A stretch of 64,000 nucleotides of DNA from a virus. The notes beneath the pieces were generated by a model, which was not told the DNA's origin, searched no databases, and saw nothing but the letters and a program-made list of their open reading frames with translations. Positions 63,434-64,000 of the stretch are shown one piece after another; position 1 is the first letter of the stretch; the number at the start of each line of letters is the position of its first letter. The stretch lies in the IMG/VR virus record IMGVR_UViG_3300045988_087374; one strand, written 5' to 3'. The position numbers and the translations under genes are program-made.

Positions 63434-64000
63434 ATGAGTGAACAAATCAAAGAATTATCCCAAAATGAATTAGAAAGAAAAGTAGATTACATATTTTCAC
63501 ATAGATTTAATCACACTCTGCATGCTTATATCGATATTGCAGGTGATTTGACAGCAGGTGTTTTATTATCTCAAATTATGTACTGGTTTGATAAAGATTC
63601 AAAAAATGAGTGCGTCAGAACAAAAATCAAAAAGAAAGGTTATTTTTGGATTGCTAGGCGTAGAGATGAATGGGCAAACGAAATAAGAGTTTCACCTAAG
63701 CAGTATGATTCTGCGATGAAAAAATTAAAAGCTAGAAATTTGGTAGTTGTTGAAAAATTTAAAATTAATGGTGCACCAACAACGCATATCAGACCTAATG
63801 ACGAAGTAATAAATGTTGCTATCAAAGAATGGAAAGAACAAATTGCCATTAAAATCATCAAGGACAATGAGGCTGAGCAAAATAGAGCAGATTCTTCAAA
63901 TCAGAATTTGACAGAAGAAGAAATTTATAAAAAAGACGCTTCAAATACTGATGAATACTGGTTTTCCCCAAAAGAGGAAGTTCCAAATTCCAAAAAAAGG
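63434..64000 (+). CDS. winged-helix replication-initiator-like protein, 3'-truncated by the window edge (not in track)
   Basis: GGAGGT RBS; open to nt 64000; LLSQIMYWF...GYFWIARRRDEWANEIRVSPKQY. Confidence 0.5.
   Translation, partial: MSEQIKELSQNELERKVDYIFSHRFNHTLHAYIDIAGDLTAGVLLSQIMYWFDKDSKNECVRTKIKKKGYFWIARRRDEWANEIRVSPKQYDSAMKKLKARNLVVVEKFKINGAPTTHIRPNDEVINVAIKEWKEQIAIKIIKDNEAEQNRADSSNQNLTEEEIYKKDASNTDEYWFSPKEEVPNSKKR

Noticed and set aside
14529-64000. Genome-wide TAG (or other stop) recoding
   Set aside because: Only one in-frame TAG case was found, at 14610. Long late genes (terL, portal, capsid, fibres, tape measure) are uninterrupted under the standard code. I found no tRNA with a CUA, UCA or UUA anticodon in the island.

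Overview
The whole 64-kb window looks like one temperate tailed-phage or prophage genome segment of Firmicutes/Clostridia type. It is AT-rich, uses GGAGG-type ribosome-binding sites, and is coded almost entirely on the + strand. I saw no obvious host genes.

Gene order:
- DGR-1 cassette (787-3580).
- Replication and DNA-metabolism genes: MBL hydrolase, SSB, C5-methyltransferase, GIY-YIG, PAPS-reductase-like, PD-(D/E)xK, radical SAM, replisome organizer with internal iterons, and a DnaC-like loader.
- Large serine recombinase (18921-20285), then a 660-nt non-coding repeat region.
- Leftward block of small genes (21841-23792) facing an XRE/Cro-like gene.
- TerS-like gene flanked by GC-rich structured islands.
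- tRNA / tRNA-like island (30350-31811), followed by many small zinc-ribbon genes.
- Head module: TerL, portal, head morphogenesis protein, scaffold, major capsid protein, connector.
- An independently transcribed cassette of low-complexity proteins.
- Tail-fibre genes carrying DGR-2 (48291-51407).
- Tail genes ending in a tape-measure gene.

Most notable findings:
1. A tRNA with bacterial initiator hallmarks (C1xA72 mismatch, A73, A11:U24, GGG/CCC in the anticodon stem) but a CCU anticodon. At least four late genes have no canonical start codon at the expected place and instead carry AGG at ideal spacing from a strong SD. Together these suggest phage-specified AGG initiation. This is inference only.
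2. Two separate diversity-generating retroelements, each with strictly adenine-specific TR/VR differences. One has two tandem targets plus Avd. The other targets a tail fibre and has no adjacent Avd.
3. A roughly 323-nt ORF-less insertion, probably a group I intron, splitting the tape-measure gene inside a conserved motif.
4. Several tRNA-derived structured RNAs, including two roughly 52-nt minihelices that lack an anticodon arm.

All coordinates were hand-derived. All functional calls rest on recognisable motifs only, and no database search was possible.
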